Part shown: positions 22,925 to 36,499 of the stretch, piece after piece
Numbering within the stretch: the first letter of the stretch is position 1
Layout of the letters: each line of letters starts with the position of its first letter
Assembly: GCA_950097015.1 (NCBI GenBank)
Contig: CATNEN010000039.1
Location: 4,464,001 to 4,528,000, forward strand
Length of the DNA stretch: 64,000 nucleotides
Source of the DNA: Macrostomum hystrix
Taxonomy: Eukaryota > Animalia > Platyhelminthes
Direction of reading: 5' to 3'
Notes under the pieces: model-generated
What the model was told of the DNA's origin: nothing
The model's database searches: none
Seen by the model: the letters and a program-made list of their open reading frames with translations, nothing else
Program-made: the position numbers and the translations under genes

Positions 22925-24232
22925 CGGGACAGGTAGAGATATATTGAGAGAAAAATTGACAGGTTGAGATAGATTGGCAGGTTGAGATAGATTGACAGGT
23001 TGAGATAGATTGACAGGTTGAGATAGATTGACAGGTTGAGATAGATTGACAGGTTGAGATAGATTGACAGGTTGAGATAGATTGACAGGTTGAGATAGAT
23101 TGACAGGTTGAGATAGATTGACAGGTTGAGATAGATTGACAGGTTGAGATAGATTGGCAAGTTGAGATAGATTGACAGGTTGAGATAGATTGACAGGTAG
23201 AGATATATTGAGAGAGAAATTGACATGTTGAGATAGATTGACAGGTTGAGATAGATTGACAGGTAGAGATATATTGAGAGAGAAATTGACATGTTGAGAT
23301 AGATTGACAGGTTGAGATAGATTGACAGGTTGAGATAGATTGACAGGTTGAGATAGATTGACAGGTTGAGATAGATTGACAGGTTGAGATAGATTGACAG
23401 GTTGAGATAGATTGACAGGTTGAGATAGATTGACAGGTTGAGATAGATTGACAGGTTGAGATAGATTGACAGGTAGAGATATATTGAGAGAGAAATTGAC
23501 ATGTTGAGATAGATTGACAGGTTGAGATAGATTGACAGGTAGAGATATATTGAGAGAGAAATTGACATGTTGAGATAGATTGACAGGTTGAGATAGATTG
23601 ACAGGTAGAGATATATTGAGAGAGAAATTGACATGTTGAGATAGATTGACAGGTTGAGATAGATTGACAGGTTGAGATAGATTGACAGGTTGAGATAGAT
23701 TGACAGGTTGAGATAGATTGACAGGTAGAGATATATTGAGAGAGAAATTGACATGTTGAGATAGATTGACAGGTTGAGATAGATTGACAGGTTGAGATAG
23801 ATTGACAGGTTGAGATAGATTGACAGGTTGAGATAGATTGACAGGTTGAGATAGATTGACAGGTTGAGATAGATTGACAGGTTGAGATAGATTGACAGGT
23901 TGAGATAGATTGGCAGGTTGAGATAGATTGACAGGTTGAGATAGATTGGCAGGTTGAGATAGATTGGCAGGTTGAGATAGATTGACAGGTTGAGATAGAT
24001 TGACAGGTTGAGATAGATTGACAGGTTGAGATAGATTGGCAAGTTGAGATAGATTGACAGGTTGAGATAGATTGGCAGGTTGAGATAGATTGGCAGGTTG
24101 AGATAGATTGGCAGGTTGAGATAGATTGACAGGTTGAGATAGATTGGCAGGTTGAGATAGATTGACAGGTTGAGATAGATTGACAGGTTGAGATAGATTG
24201 ACAGGTTGAGATAGATTGACAGGTTGAGAGAC
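22925..24232. repeat. 18-bp minisatellite (GATTGACAGGTTGAGATA) with a periodic variant block
   Basis: Direct periodicity. Confidence 0.96.
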
Positions 24233-24974
24233 AATGGTAGAGAGATTAATTAGCAGCTGTATATGGAGTTGGTAGACAGACTTAAGTGTTAAGTTTGTTC
24301 GACCGAGAAAAAAGCTTCAATACAAATTGTACAGAACCACCAGGGTTACTTTGGAGAGCATTAGAAGTAGCACTAAGGATAAAATAGACAACTCAACGAG
24401 ACCCAGGAAATAAATTGGATGAATTTCAGTTTTTTACGACAAAAAAAACAAAAAATATGGACGAAAAACACAAACTGCAGCGCCAAGCAGAACTGTAGTG
24501 TCAGGCCACTTGACAAATTCTTCAAAAAGGCTGGAAATTCAGCAGCAACTCCCCGTGTTGTATGAAAACTAGCTCACATTGATACATTTTCAAACATCGC
24601 AGCCTCTCTGCATTGGCCAAGTTCGGCTTTCAGTTCCTGAAGCGACAACTTTTTATACCGACCGCCACTTGAAATTGCAAGTCTTCTTTTAGAGGCAAAC
24701 GAGAAGCCCTCCGTCCTGTCTCTCTTTCGTCCATTCCATTCCCAGAAAAGGGGATACTTTTTTCTAAGATCTCGGCTACCCTATCAATAAGAGAATTGCT
24801 ACAAGCTGCTGACATTGTTTCAATGACTTCGTTTTCTGTGCCTTGTGCTGGCAATAAATTATGATTGTCTGTTTTGTTTCCGACTGCAACGAAAAATACA
24901 CTTTCCAGTTTGGAAGGTGTTTTCAAATTTCCCCTTTTCTGTTTCTGAGTTTGCATTTCAAGAAATCATTTTTT

Positions 24975-26065
24975 AGTTTGAAGATTCCGAGTTTTGAAGA
25001 TTTGGAGTTTTGAAGATTCGGAGTTTCGAAGATTCGGAGTTTTGAAGATTCGGAGTTTTGAAGATTTGGAGTTTCGAAGATTCGGAGTTTTGAAGATTCG
25101 GAGTTTCGAAGATTCGGAGTTTTGAAGATTTGGAGTTTTGAAGATTTGGAGTTTCGAAGATTCGGAGTTTCGAAGATTCGGAGTTTTGAAGATTCGGAGT
25201 TTTGAAGATTTGAAGATTTGGAGTTTTGAAGGTTTGAAGATTCGGAGTTTTGAAGATTCGGAGTTTTGAAGATTCGGTGTAGTTTGGAAGATTCGGAGTT
25301 TCGAAGATTCGGTGTAGTTTGGAAGATTCGGAGTTTCGAAGATTCGGTGTAGTTTGGAAGATTCGGAGTTTCGAAGATTCGGTGTAGTTTGGAAGATTCG
25401 GAGTTTTGAAGATTCGGTGTAGTTTTGAAGATTCGGAGTTTTGAAGATTCGGTGTAGTTTGGAAGATTCGGAGTTTCGAAGATTCGGTGTAGTTTGGAAG
25501 ATTCGGAGTTTCGAAGATTCGGTGTAGTTTGGAAGATTCGGAGTTTCGAAGATTCGGTGTAGTTTGGAAGATTCGGAGTTTCGAAGATTCGGTGTAGTTT
25601 GGAAGATTCGGAGTTTCGAAGATTCGGAGTTTTGAAGATTTGAAGATTTGGAGTTTTGAAGGTTTGAAGATTCGGAGTTTTGAAGATTCGGAGTTTTGAA
25701 GATTCGGTGTAGTTTGGAAGATTCGGAGTTTCGAAGATTCGGTGTAGTTTGGAAGATTCGGAGTTTCGAAGATTCGGTGTAGTTTGGAAGATTCGGAGTT
25801 TCGAAGATTCGGTGTAGTTTGGAAGATTCGGAGTTTTGAAGATTCGGTGTAGTTTTGAAGATTCGGAGTTTTGAAGATTCGGTGTAGTTTGGAAGATTCG
25901 GAGTTTCGAAGATTCGGTGTAGTTTGGAAGATTCGGAGTTTCGAAGATTCGGTGTAGTTTGGAAGATTCGGAGTTTCGAAGATTCGGTGTAGTTTGGAAG
26001 ATTCGGAGTTTCGAAGATTCGGTGTAGTTTGGAAGATTCGGAGTTTCGAAGATTCGGAGTTTTGA
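24975..26065. repeat. Compound ~16-18-bp minisatellite (GAAGATTCGGAGTTT[T/C] / GAAGATTCGGTGTAGTTTG)
   Basis: Direct periodicity. Confidence 0.95.
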
Positions 26066-26969
26066 GTCTCAAAGTCGCAGATATTTCGGTAAGTAAAACG
26101 GTGAATATTCACAATTTTACTTTGAGGTCAACATGGCCGCCGTGTTCTCCGTCACTTGCCTAGTTATATCTGCTTTCACAGTAGAGGCCACTCAGAGGAC
26201 ACCGGGGGGGGGCGCAGTACTCAAGTTACAAGTCAGGTCTCCCATAAGCCAATAAAAAGTGAGATGAGTTAGATTAATCGACCGGGCCCGATAATTTCCC
26301 ATCTCTTTGAAGAAGGAGCTAGGACTCGAACCGCAGGGAAATTGTAGCTTAAAAGAGCGACAGAAAAAAATAGGAAGGACGGCTGGGGGATGTGATCGGA
26401 GATAACGGAAGGACAAAATCGAATAATATTCTCGAAAAAACTAGCATCATGCGAATCGATGCGGTTAGAAGGCCGGTAGGAGCTCGGGGCTTGTGTGCGG
26501 GGAAGTGTACGATCCCAAATCCCAAAGACGCTGTCCGTCTGGCATTTTTATTCTTAGAATATGTGGGGATTTCTTTTTTATCAACACGAGGATTTTATGC
26601 CCCCACCTACCGGATGTTTAAGGAATTGCTCAACTGTTTTTTGTCAGTAGCCGATGACTGTTTCATCACCCCTTAGGGGCTAATTTGGCCATCTCAGAGG
26701 CTCAGGGATCATTTTTTATTATTCTTATCCGAGCTAGTTAAAATCAGTGTCCGCGCGTATTCAATTATTCATGCTGGCAATCTCTCACGGGTGTCGTGAA
26801 CGGCTGGCCGAGGCCTCGGTCATTAATCTGCTCCGGATTAGGCCCAGTGTCAGCTGCGTTTTGTTGGGAGAGAACTCTACGGGCAGGACTTCCTCTTTTG
26901 AAATAAGTCAATATTAGTTTGGTAAGATTTTTATCTTGATGTTGTTATTTTTCTAGTGATATCGATTTC

Positions 26970-27200
26970 AGATTGAGTCTATTAGAATACGATAGTCTGT
27001 TGGGTCTGTTGGGATTAGATATTGAGTCTGTTGGGATTAGATATTGAGTCTGTTGGGATTAGATATTGAGTCTGTTGGGATTAGATATTGAGTCTGTTGG
27101 GATTAGATATTGAGTCTGTTGGGATTAGATATTGAGTCTGTTGGGATTAGATATTGAGTCTGTTGGGATTAGATATTGAGTCTGTTGGGATTAGATATTT
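26970..27200. repeat. 22-bp minisatellite (ATTGAGTCTGTTGGGATTAGAT)
   Basis: Direct periodicity. Confidence 0.93.
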
Positions 27201-27829
27201 AGTTCTCAAGTGATTTGAATGAAGGCAGAACCCAAGAAGGTACGTATGCATAGTTAGCTATCTACGTGTCACCTCACGCGATACTGAAGCAAAGCTGTCC
27301 CACAAAGCGGGCAAGCTTTTGTTTTTTACAAATTGGAAAAAATTATCAGTTTGGCTTAATCACTGATATTTTTGTTTCCTGTTATCCTGATCCGGATTGA
27401 GGTACCGACTACAGCTGAGACAGTGAATGGGATAAATTATTTCATGAGATGGGAAATCAAAGTTGACAGGGTAGGTCTAGGTATTCCCAGGTAAAATTCG
27501 CAAGTAGGAAGGGCATCAGCTGCTGTCAATCTTTCTCACTGATGCAGTGGCGATAAAGCCCTAACGCACACAACCATTGCGTCATCAAAATGATCCCAGT
27601 TCCCACTCAGCTGACCCCCGTGGTTTTTACACACACTCACACACACTCACACCCACGCCCTGTCTATAATCGGGTTCCTATTTTTATTTACACTTCACAC
27701 TTTCCCAAATGGGTCGTTCATTAGGGCATGTGGGCGCCCCAGTACGTCCACATGTGTGTGTTCAGCAGGCCGGTCAGAAGATGAAGGGCTTATGGAAGCG
27801 AGACAATGGTAGGCTTGGGATAACTTGGT

Positions 27830-29290
27830 TGTGGAGAGAAGTAGCTTGAAGAGAGTAGTAGGTTGAGGAGAGAAGTAGGTTGAGGAGAGAAGTAGGTTGA
27901 GGAGAGAAGTAGGCTGTGGAGAGAAGTAGGTTGAGGAGAGAAGTAGGTTGAGGAGAGAAGTAGGTTGAGGAGAGAAGTAGGTTGTGGAGAGAAGTAGGTT
28001 GTGGAGAGAAGTAGGCTGTGGAGAGAAGTAGGTTGAGGAGAGAAGTAGGTTGAGGAGAGAAGTAGGTTGAGGAGAGAAGTAGGTTGTGGAGAGAAGTAGG
28101 TTGTGGAGAGAAGTAGGCTGTGGAGAGAAGTAGGCTGTGAAGAGAAGTAGGTTGAGGAGAGAAGTAGGTTGAGGAGAGAAGTAGGCTGTGGAGAGAAGTA
28201 GGTTGAGGAGAGAAGTAGGTTGAGGAGAGAAGTAGGTTGAGGAGAGAAGTAGGTTGTGGAGAGAAGTAGGTTGTGGAGAGAAGTAGGCTGTGGAGAGAAG
28301 TAGGCTGTGAAGAGAAGTAGGTTGAGGAGAGAAGTAGGTTGGGGAGAGAAGTAGGCTGTGGAGAGAAGTAGGTTGAGGAGAGAAGTAGGTTGGGGAGAGA
28401 AGTAGGTTGAGGAGAGAAGTATGTTGAGAAGAGAAATAGGTTGAGGAGAGAAGTAGGTTGGGGAGAGAAGTAGGTTGAGGAGAGAAGTAGGTTGGGGAAA
28501 GAAGTAGGCTGTGAAGAGAAGTAGGTTGGGGAGAGAAGTAGGTTGAGGAGAGAAGTATGTTGAGGAGAGAAGTAGGCTGTGGAGAGAAGTAGGCTGTGGA
28601 GAGAAGTAGGCTGTGGAGAGAAGTAGGTTGTGGAGAGAAGTAGGTTGAGGAGAGAAGTAGGTTGGGGAGAGAAGTAGGTTGAGGAGAGAAGTAGGCTGTG
28701 GAGAGAAGTAGGTTGTGGAGAGAAGTAGGCTGTGGAGAGAAGTAGGCTGTGGAGAGAAGTAGGTTGAGGAGAGAAGTAGGTTGAGGAGAGAAGTAGGTTG
28801 AGGAGAGAAGTAGGTTGTGGAGAGAAGTAGGCTGTGAAGAGAAGTAGGTTGAGGAGAGAAGTAGGTTGGGGAGAGAAGTAGGCTGTGGAGAGAAGTAGGT
28901 TGAGGAGAGAAGTAGGTTGGGGAGAGAAATAGGTTGAGGAGAGAAGTATGTTGAGAAGAGAAGTAGGTTGAGGAGAGAAGTAGGTTGGGGAGAGAAGTAG
29001 GCTGTGAAGAGAAGTAGGTTGGGGAGAGAAGTAGGTTGAGGAGAGAAGTATGTTGAGGAGAGAAGTAGGTTGGCGAGAGAAGTAGGTTGGGGAGAGAAGT
29101 AGGTTGGGGAGAGAAGTAGGTTGGGGAGAGAAGTATGTTGAGGAGAGAAGTAGGTTGGGGAGAGAAGTAGGTTGGGGAGAGAAGTAGGTTGGGGAGAGAA
29201 ATAGGTTGTGGAGAGAAGTAGGTTGTGGAGAGAAGTAGATTTTGCAGAGTAATAGGTTGAGGATAAGAGAAGGTTAGGGAGAAAAATAGG
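27830..29290. repeat. 17-bp purine-rich minisatellite (GGAGAGAAGTAGGTTGA)
   Basis: Direct periodicity. Confidence 0.96.
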
Positions 29291-29807
29291 TAGGGGATGT
29301 ATACAGTTTGATCATAATCGCATGTGAACTGTCTGTTTGAACGTAAGGAAAAGGTTGTTTAAAAAATTCTTTGCGTAAGAAGATCGCTTTATGGGACAGA
29401 CAAGATGGTCCTGCTTGATACAGGGCAGATTCAACACAAGGCTTTTTTGTTTTATCGCTACCAGATGGACAAAAACTGTTCGCAAATATTCCCATTACGT
29501 AACGATCGGTATTTCGCACCAATCTACGGTTGCGCTCCCGGTTAATGAAATCAGGGGACTGATAAATTGCCACGGCCATTTTCAGTCGACCGGCGACTCC
29601 GGAAATGTCCAAGTCTGGGCGAGGGCTGCGGGGGAGTCAATAAGATTGAGCAGTGGGAATTCGGGTGCGGTCAGTTGGAAGCAGTTAAGGCGGGAATTCG
29701 TAAAAGGGGATGTGAGAAGAATGGGGAAGAGCCGATTGTGGAAAATTATGCGCACTAGGAAGGGAGAAGAGATTGATTGAGGTGAGATGGGGAGGACAGG
29801 ATGGGTA

Positions 29808-30355
29808 GATGGGAGCAGTGGGATAAGGATGGGAACTGTGGAATAATGATGGGAGCAGTGCGATAAGGATGGGAGCAGTGGGATAATGATGGGAGCAGTG
29901 GGATAATGATAGGAACTGTGGGATAATGATGGGAGCAGTGGGATAAGGATGGGAGCAGTGAGATAATGATGGGAGCAGTGGGATAATGATAGGAGCAGTG
30001 GGATAAGGATGGGAGCAGTGGGATAATGATGGGAGCAGTGGGATAAGGATGGGAGCAGTGGGATAATGATAGGAACTGTGGGATAATGATGGGAGCAGTG
30101 GGATAATGATAGGAGCAGTGGGATAAGGATGGGAGCAGTGGGATAATGATGGGAGCAGTGGGATAATGATGGGAGCAGTGGGATAATGATAGGAACTGTG
30201 GGATAAGGATGGGAGCAGTGGGATAATGATGGGAGCAGTGGGATAATGATAGGAACTGTGGGATAATGATGGGAGCAGTGGGATAAGGATTGGAGCAGTG
30301 GGAAAAGGATGGGAGCAAAGGCATAAGGATGGTAGTGGTGGGATAAGGATGGGAG
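29808..30355. repeat. 20-bp minisatellite (GGATAATGATGGGAGCAGTG)
   Basis: Direct periodicity. Confidence 0.95.
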
Positions 30356-32164
30356 ATGAGATGAGAAAGGAATAGTGGGATATTATTTTGGAAAATGGGA
30401 TTAGAATGGGAGATTGGGAGCTCTCGTTAAAATTGGGAGGCGATTAGCGCTGGTTAGGGGAGAATTCTATAGCGAGAAGACAATAATTTATTCCAGGTAA
30501 AAAATCACCTGCCAAATCCCTGACTTGATGCATTCGGGTTTAATTGCTCATTGACCCGCGAATTGATTCGGAACAAGAAAATCATTCACAATGTCAGTAT
30601 TTTACACTGTTGCTAGGCTGTTACTAGCAGCAACTTGCATTGTGGCCGGCCACTTCGGCCTCTTGAAAGCTCTCCGGGAGTGTCAGAGTCAATCAGGCCG
30701 CTGACCGCTGGTGACTGACAGGCTGCACCGCCTTGATGAGGCTTAATTCGCTGTTGATGAGTCAGAACCACGGGCGGTCGGCGCGGTGACCACAGCGCCA
30801 TCGCGTGATATTCAGATTATGATAAAAGCTATTGTTTTCCGGAAGTTTTGGAAACTTATTACACTTTTTGAGGCAAGTGAATTAAAAGATGAATCAGGGA
30901 TGCCCGCGTGTCAACTCTGTGTCATAAAATTTCACAGCCCAAAGCAAAGGGCATTTTCGAAAATCTTTTATTTTCAAGAAGCATTGCATTTCCAGAATCG
31001 TGTAAAAATTCTTAGGATTTAGTTTTTCTCAAAAAATAGTTTTCTCTGAAACAGCTGAAATCTCGGCGTAAGTTATAAGTTTCGGCAAAAAAACTGATTT
31101 CCAAGAAACCTAAATTTTTTTCGCAATTTTTTTACTAAATTTATCTTACAAGTCTTGGAACAAAACTTAAATTTTCTGTCGAAAAAGCTTTTGAGAAAGC
31201 AAACATTCTGGAGCATTTTATTGCCACTCAAAAGAGAATGAATAATTGTACAATTCCAGTTTGTGGGGCCCAAAGCAGAAATTCAATATCCCACGCAGTT
31301 CCTGCGCAGTCAAACAAACCCCATTGCTCTCTTCTATTTGTCTGCCTGTCGGCCTCGTGCAGGTAGGATTTGTCTGGCATTTCAAAACTGTCTTCCCATC
31401 ATCTCACAGCCGTCCCTGTCTGAGTCTCTTCCCCAAAGTGGATCCGGAAATTTCATCTCCCCCCAGATCCTCTCCAGCTTTATTTTCGTCGATTCCCTCA
31501 TCCGCAGAATCTCCCATCGGTGTCAGATTACCATTGGGCATAATTTCCCCGTCCGCTCCCAACCCTCCCTAACTATTTATCCCAAAGCGTCGGGGGATAA
31601 AGTTGTTGCATTTCAAGTTCCCCATCTAGGAAGACAAAAATTTCCCAGCACTTGCACTCGGCCAGGTGGACAAACAAGCTCTGAGACGGAAAGTGAGAAA
31701 CCTGCTGGAAACTCAGTGGGGAAAATTGGATGTAAGGATGGCGATAGCGCATTTATCCTCTTATCCCAATGAGGCTCGGATCCCAAAAAATCTCCCCAAA
31801 GTTGCAAGTTTGTGTGCAGATTTCGGGAAAGCCTGGCAGATTCTCCTATCGAGTTTTCGATCCCTTATCAGTGTCCCCTGCTCCCCCCACCACGACAGAC
31901 TGGGATCTGGACATCTTCGGTGGCCGAAGCGAAAATGACAGGGGAGCAGCAGGGACATTGCGGTCGACCTTATCCGATAGGTAATATTCCACTTGACATT
32001 GCAACTGCAGATTCATCGAAATTTGCCTGATTTGACTAATTTTCCTATGTAAGAGACAACTCCAAAAGTACTTTAGCTTGGTCTACAGAAACTTCCTTTC
32101 TGCATGTGAGCGAAATTCAGAAATATTTTGTGGCCGAGAGGAATCTCAGAAAAAAAGCAAATAA

Positions 32165-32250
32165 TTGTGTCATTAACCAAGACACTTAGTTCCCCAGTGC
32201 TTCGGTTTATCCAACTGTTCATTGGGTACCACCATTAGCTACGGTAGCAA
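32165..32250 (+). mobile_element. CORE-like SINE fragment
   Basis: TGTGTCATTAACCAAGACACTTAG...ATCCAACTGTTCATTGGGTACC resembles the core of 9771-10087. Confidence 0.5.
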
Positions 32251-32357
32251 TATGATTCGGTGTGTACATATAATTAGATGAACATATAGCTTATGTACAT
32301 ACTTGTATTGTAGAATGTACATTTTTTGCATGTACATATACTGAATCTACATTTTGT

Positions 32358-32550
32358 TTTATGTACATATAGCTGGATGTACATATAGTTGGATGTACAT
32401 ATAGCTGGATGTACATATAGCTGGATGTACATATAGCTGGATGTACATATAGCTGGATGTACATATAGCTGGATGTACATATAGCTGGATGTACATATAG
32501 CTGGATGTACATATAGCTGGATATGCACAAAGTTGGGTCTACATATAGTT
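32358..32550. repeat. 16-bp minisatellite (ATGTACATATAGCTGG)
   Basis: Direct periodicity; begins ~25 nt into the intron downstream of the 32577 donor. Confidence 0.92.
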
Positions 32551-32576
32551 GAATGCAAATTACGAACAAAACTCAC

Positions 32577-32733
32577 CGTGCTCCCGAAACGGATCGTCGT
32601 CAATGAAGCAGGTGCCACGGCCGCTGTCCGACTCCGAGGACTGTCCGCTGACCTCGCCGCGATGCGCGCCGGCAAGCCGGGAAGTGCCCGGACCCGCAGC
32701 CAGCACCGGCAGGCCAGCGTCGTAGTCGTGCAG
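32577..32733 (-). CDS. Protocadherin, cytoplasmic exon with a DSGRG motif
   Basis: Acceptor TTCCTGCAG, phase 0; encodes LHDYDAGLPV...SGQSSESDSGRGTCFIDDDPFREH; donor G|GTGAGT, phase 1. S.xDSGRG resembles the conserved delta-protocadherin tail motif. Confidence 0.82.
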
Positions 32734-32779
32734 CTGCAGGAATCGAAAAGATTTGAAGCCAGCGGTGAAGGCAAATCTG

Positions 32780-32920
32780 GGTAATTAAACTGGTAAACTC
32801 GTGACACGACCTGAAGGTCGTGGGTTCGATTCCCGACTCCACTGAAACAGTCTGTGTCCTTTAGCAAGAAATTGAACTCTGAATTGCTTCATTCACCCAC
32901 CTCTTAAATGAGACCCATTT
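32780..32920 (+). mobile_element. tRNA head plus CORE-like SINE (family 2), partial
   Basis: AAGGTCGTGGGTTCGATTCCCG (B box) followed by TGTGTCCTTTAGCAAG...GCTTCATTCACCCAC...AAATG. Confidence 0.65.
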
Positions 32921-33279
32921 TGTCCATCGCAGAGAGAGCCATTAAGTAATTTGTTTTGCGCAAATCAAGCTTGTCTGAACCTTTAAACACTGTTGTATTG
33001 CATAATCAGAGTCAGAACAACTAATAGTAGCCTCAAAAAACTGTTCTAGCGGCTAGAAATGCTAAGGAAAGACGGACAGGTGTCGCATTAATTTGCTTTT
33101 TTAATTCAGTATAGTAATAAAAAGTTGCGTAATCACATTTTAAACACTGAAATAGACTATAACTTCAGAAAATTGACACTAGAGCGAGTGTAAAGTCAAA
33201 TTAAAAACAATCATACATTAATGTTAAACACGGTCATATATTTACATTACAGGCAGTCATTGATGAAGATTATTGAAGA

Positions 33280-35388
33280 AGACACGGTCATAGATGGAGA
33301 TTAGACATGGTCATAGATGGAGATTAGACACGGTCATAGATACGGCCATTGATAAAGAATAGACCGTCATAGATAATGATTAGACGCGGTCATAGATGGA
33401 GATTAGACACGGTCATAGATACGGTCATTGATAAAGAATAGACCGTCATAGATAATGATTAGACACGGTCATAGATAAAGATTAGACACGGTCATAGATG
33501 AAGATTAGACAAGGTCATAGATACGGTCATTGATAAAGAATAGACCGTCATAGATGATGATTAGACAAGGTCATAGATGATTATTAGACAAGGTCATAGA
33601 TGAAGATTAGACAAGGTCATAGATGAAGATTAGACAAGGTCATAGATGATTATTAGACAAGGTCATAGATGAAGATTAGATACGGTCATAGATGGAGATT
33701 AGACACGGTCATAGATACGGTCATTGATAAAGAATAGACCGTCATAGATAATGATTAGACGCGGTCATAGATGGAGATTAGACACGGTCATAGATACGGT
33801 CATTGATAAAGAATAGACCGTCATAGATAATGATTAGACACGGTCATAGATAAAGATTAGACACGGTCATAGATGGAGATTAGACACGGTCATAGATACG
33901 GTCATTGATAAAGAATAGACCGTCATAGATAATGATTAGACACGGTCATAGATAAAGATTAGACACGGTCATAGATGAAGATTAGACACGGTCATAGATA
34001 CGGTCATTGATAAAGAATAGACCGTCATAGATGATGATTAGACAAGGTCATAGATGATTATTAGACAAGGTCATAGATGAAGATTAGACAAGGTCATAGA
34101 TGAAGATTAGACAAGGTCATAGATGATTATTAGACAAGGTCATAGATGAAGATTAGACACGGTCATAGATGGAGATTAGACACGGTCATAGATACGGTCA
34201 TTGATAAAGAATAGACCGTCATAGATAATGATTAGACACGGTCATAGATAAAGATTAGACACGGTCATAGATGGAGATTAGACACGGTCATAGATACGGT
34301 CATTGATAAAGAATAGACCGTCATAGATGATGATTAGACAAGGTCATAGATGATTATTAGACAAGGTCATAGATGAAGATTAGACAAGGTCATAGATGAA
34401 GATTAGACAAGGTCATAGATGAAGATTAGACAAGGTCATAGATGAAGATTAGACAAGGTCATAGATGAAGATTAGACAAGGTCATAGATGAAGATTAGAC
34501 AAGGTCATAGATGAAGATTAGACAAGGTCATAGATGGAGATTAGACAAGGTCATAGATGAAGATTAGACAAGGTCATAGATGGAGATTAGACAAGGTCAT
34601 AGATGATGATTAGACAAGGTCATAGATGGAGATTAGACAAGGTCATAGATGAAGATTAGAAAAGGTCATACATGGAGATTAGACAAGGTCATAGATGATG
34701 ATTAGACAAGGTCATAGATGAAGATTAGACAAGGTCATAGATGGAGATTAGACAAGGTCATAGATGAAGATTAGACAAGGTCATAGATGAAGATTAGACA
34801 AGGTCATAGATGAAGATTAGACAAGGTCATAGATGAAGATTAGACAAGGTCATAGATGAAGATTAGACAAGGTCATAGATGAAGATTAGACAAGGTCATA
34901 GATGGAGATTAGACAAGGTCATAGATGAAGATTAGACAAGGTCATAGATGGAGATTAGACAAGGTCATAGATGATGATTAGACAAGGTCATAGATGGAGA
35001 TTAGACAAGGTCATAGATGAAGATTAGAAAAGGTCATACATGGAGATTAGACAAGGTCATAGATGATGATTAGACAAGGTCATAGATGAAGATTAGACAA
35101 GGTCATAGATGGAGATTAGACAAGGTCATAGATGAAGATTAGACAAGGTCATAGATGAAGATTAGACAAGGTCATAGATGGAGATTAGACAAGGTCATAG
35201 ATGAAGATTAGAAAAGGTCATACATGGAGATTAGACAAGGTCATAGATGAAGATTAGACAAGGTCATAGATGAAGATTAGACACGGTCATAGATGATGAT
35301 TAGACAAGGTCATAGATGAAGATTAGACAAGGTCATAGATGAAGATTAGACAAGGTCATAGATGAACATTAGACAAGGTCATAGATGA
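33280..35388. repeat. 23-bp minisatellite (GATTAGACAAGGTCATAGATGAA) with higher-order structure in its first half
   Basis: Direct periodicity. Confidence 0.96.
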
Positions 35389-36499
35389 CCACTAAGCAGC
35401 CAATTTCCGGACTGTTTTTCATCGCAAGAAATCGGAATGGGTGCATTAAAGCCGTGTTCACAATGATACATTTCTAAATTGGAAGAAATTGCGGCAAAAT
35501 GTTCGACATTTCGATACAAAATTTTGTCTCCTTTGAAAGGAAAGTCACTGGAGCACAAAGGCGGATTAAGATTTGAGAAAAGAGAGCAAAGAGAGCTCAA
35601 GATGCCTCTCAGCATCCTGTTTTTGAGTCCTGATGCGGCAACTCACGCAAGCTCTAGCGAAGCTGTAGCGAAATAGGGCCTAGTTAAACCTCACGTGTCA
35701 TTTGTTAACGAGTATCCATATCAATGTGTGAGTATGTGTATTAGCAAACAAATCAGCTCAAAGCTTAATGAAATATGTGCCCGCACGCCAAGGTAAGGAT
35801 AACGGGCGGGATGAGCGGATGAGCCTAACTCGTATGTACCAAGGCACAATGAAGCCACTTAAAGACTACGACTCGCACGCACCTACTCACACCAGCTACT
35901 CATTCTCCCCCTCCTGCTCTCAGCGGCTACTCTCGGGACATCCCGCAGGTCACGTCATCGTGCTCAATTCAGCTCAGTTCAGCTCAGTTCAGCTCAGTTC
36001 TGCGAGAGAAAGATAAAAAATAAAGACTAGAAAAAAGCGAAAACCATTCAGTTCGTGACCTTTTTAGACGCCAAATTCGTTAGGATTGTTTCTTAAATTT
36101 CGTTACTTATTCGTTACTTATGCATTAACGCTTTACAAAAGAAAACTTCGGACTGCGGTGACCAGATTTTCTTGGAAAGTCTTTGTTTTCCTGGCCTAAG
36201 TGGACAGATTTTGCCAGAAAACTGAAGGTCGGAAAGTTAAACTGGCAGAGAAAAGTCTAAAAATAGATGATTAGCATCTTTGTCAGGATCTTACTGGGAA
36301 CAATGCGCCAAATGTCGGTTGTTGAAGATACAGATTCAGATATTCAAGATGGACAGCAGCAGCAGCAGCAGCAGCAGTTATTTTAAGCACTTTTATGGCC
36401 TTACACATTTTCAGCGTCCGATTTTCACTAAAAAACACTTGTGGCTTCCTGAAAAAACACTTGAGACTTGGTACGAGAGGTATTGATAAGAATGAGAGA

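Noticed and set aside
31246-32030. Cluster of short ORFs inside the protocadherin intron
   Set aside because: No recognisable protein motif and no GC3-rich codon usage like the real exons.
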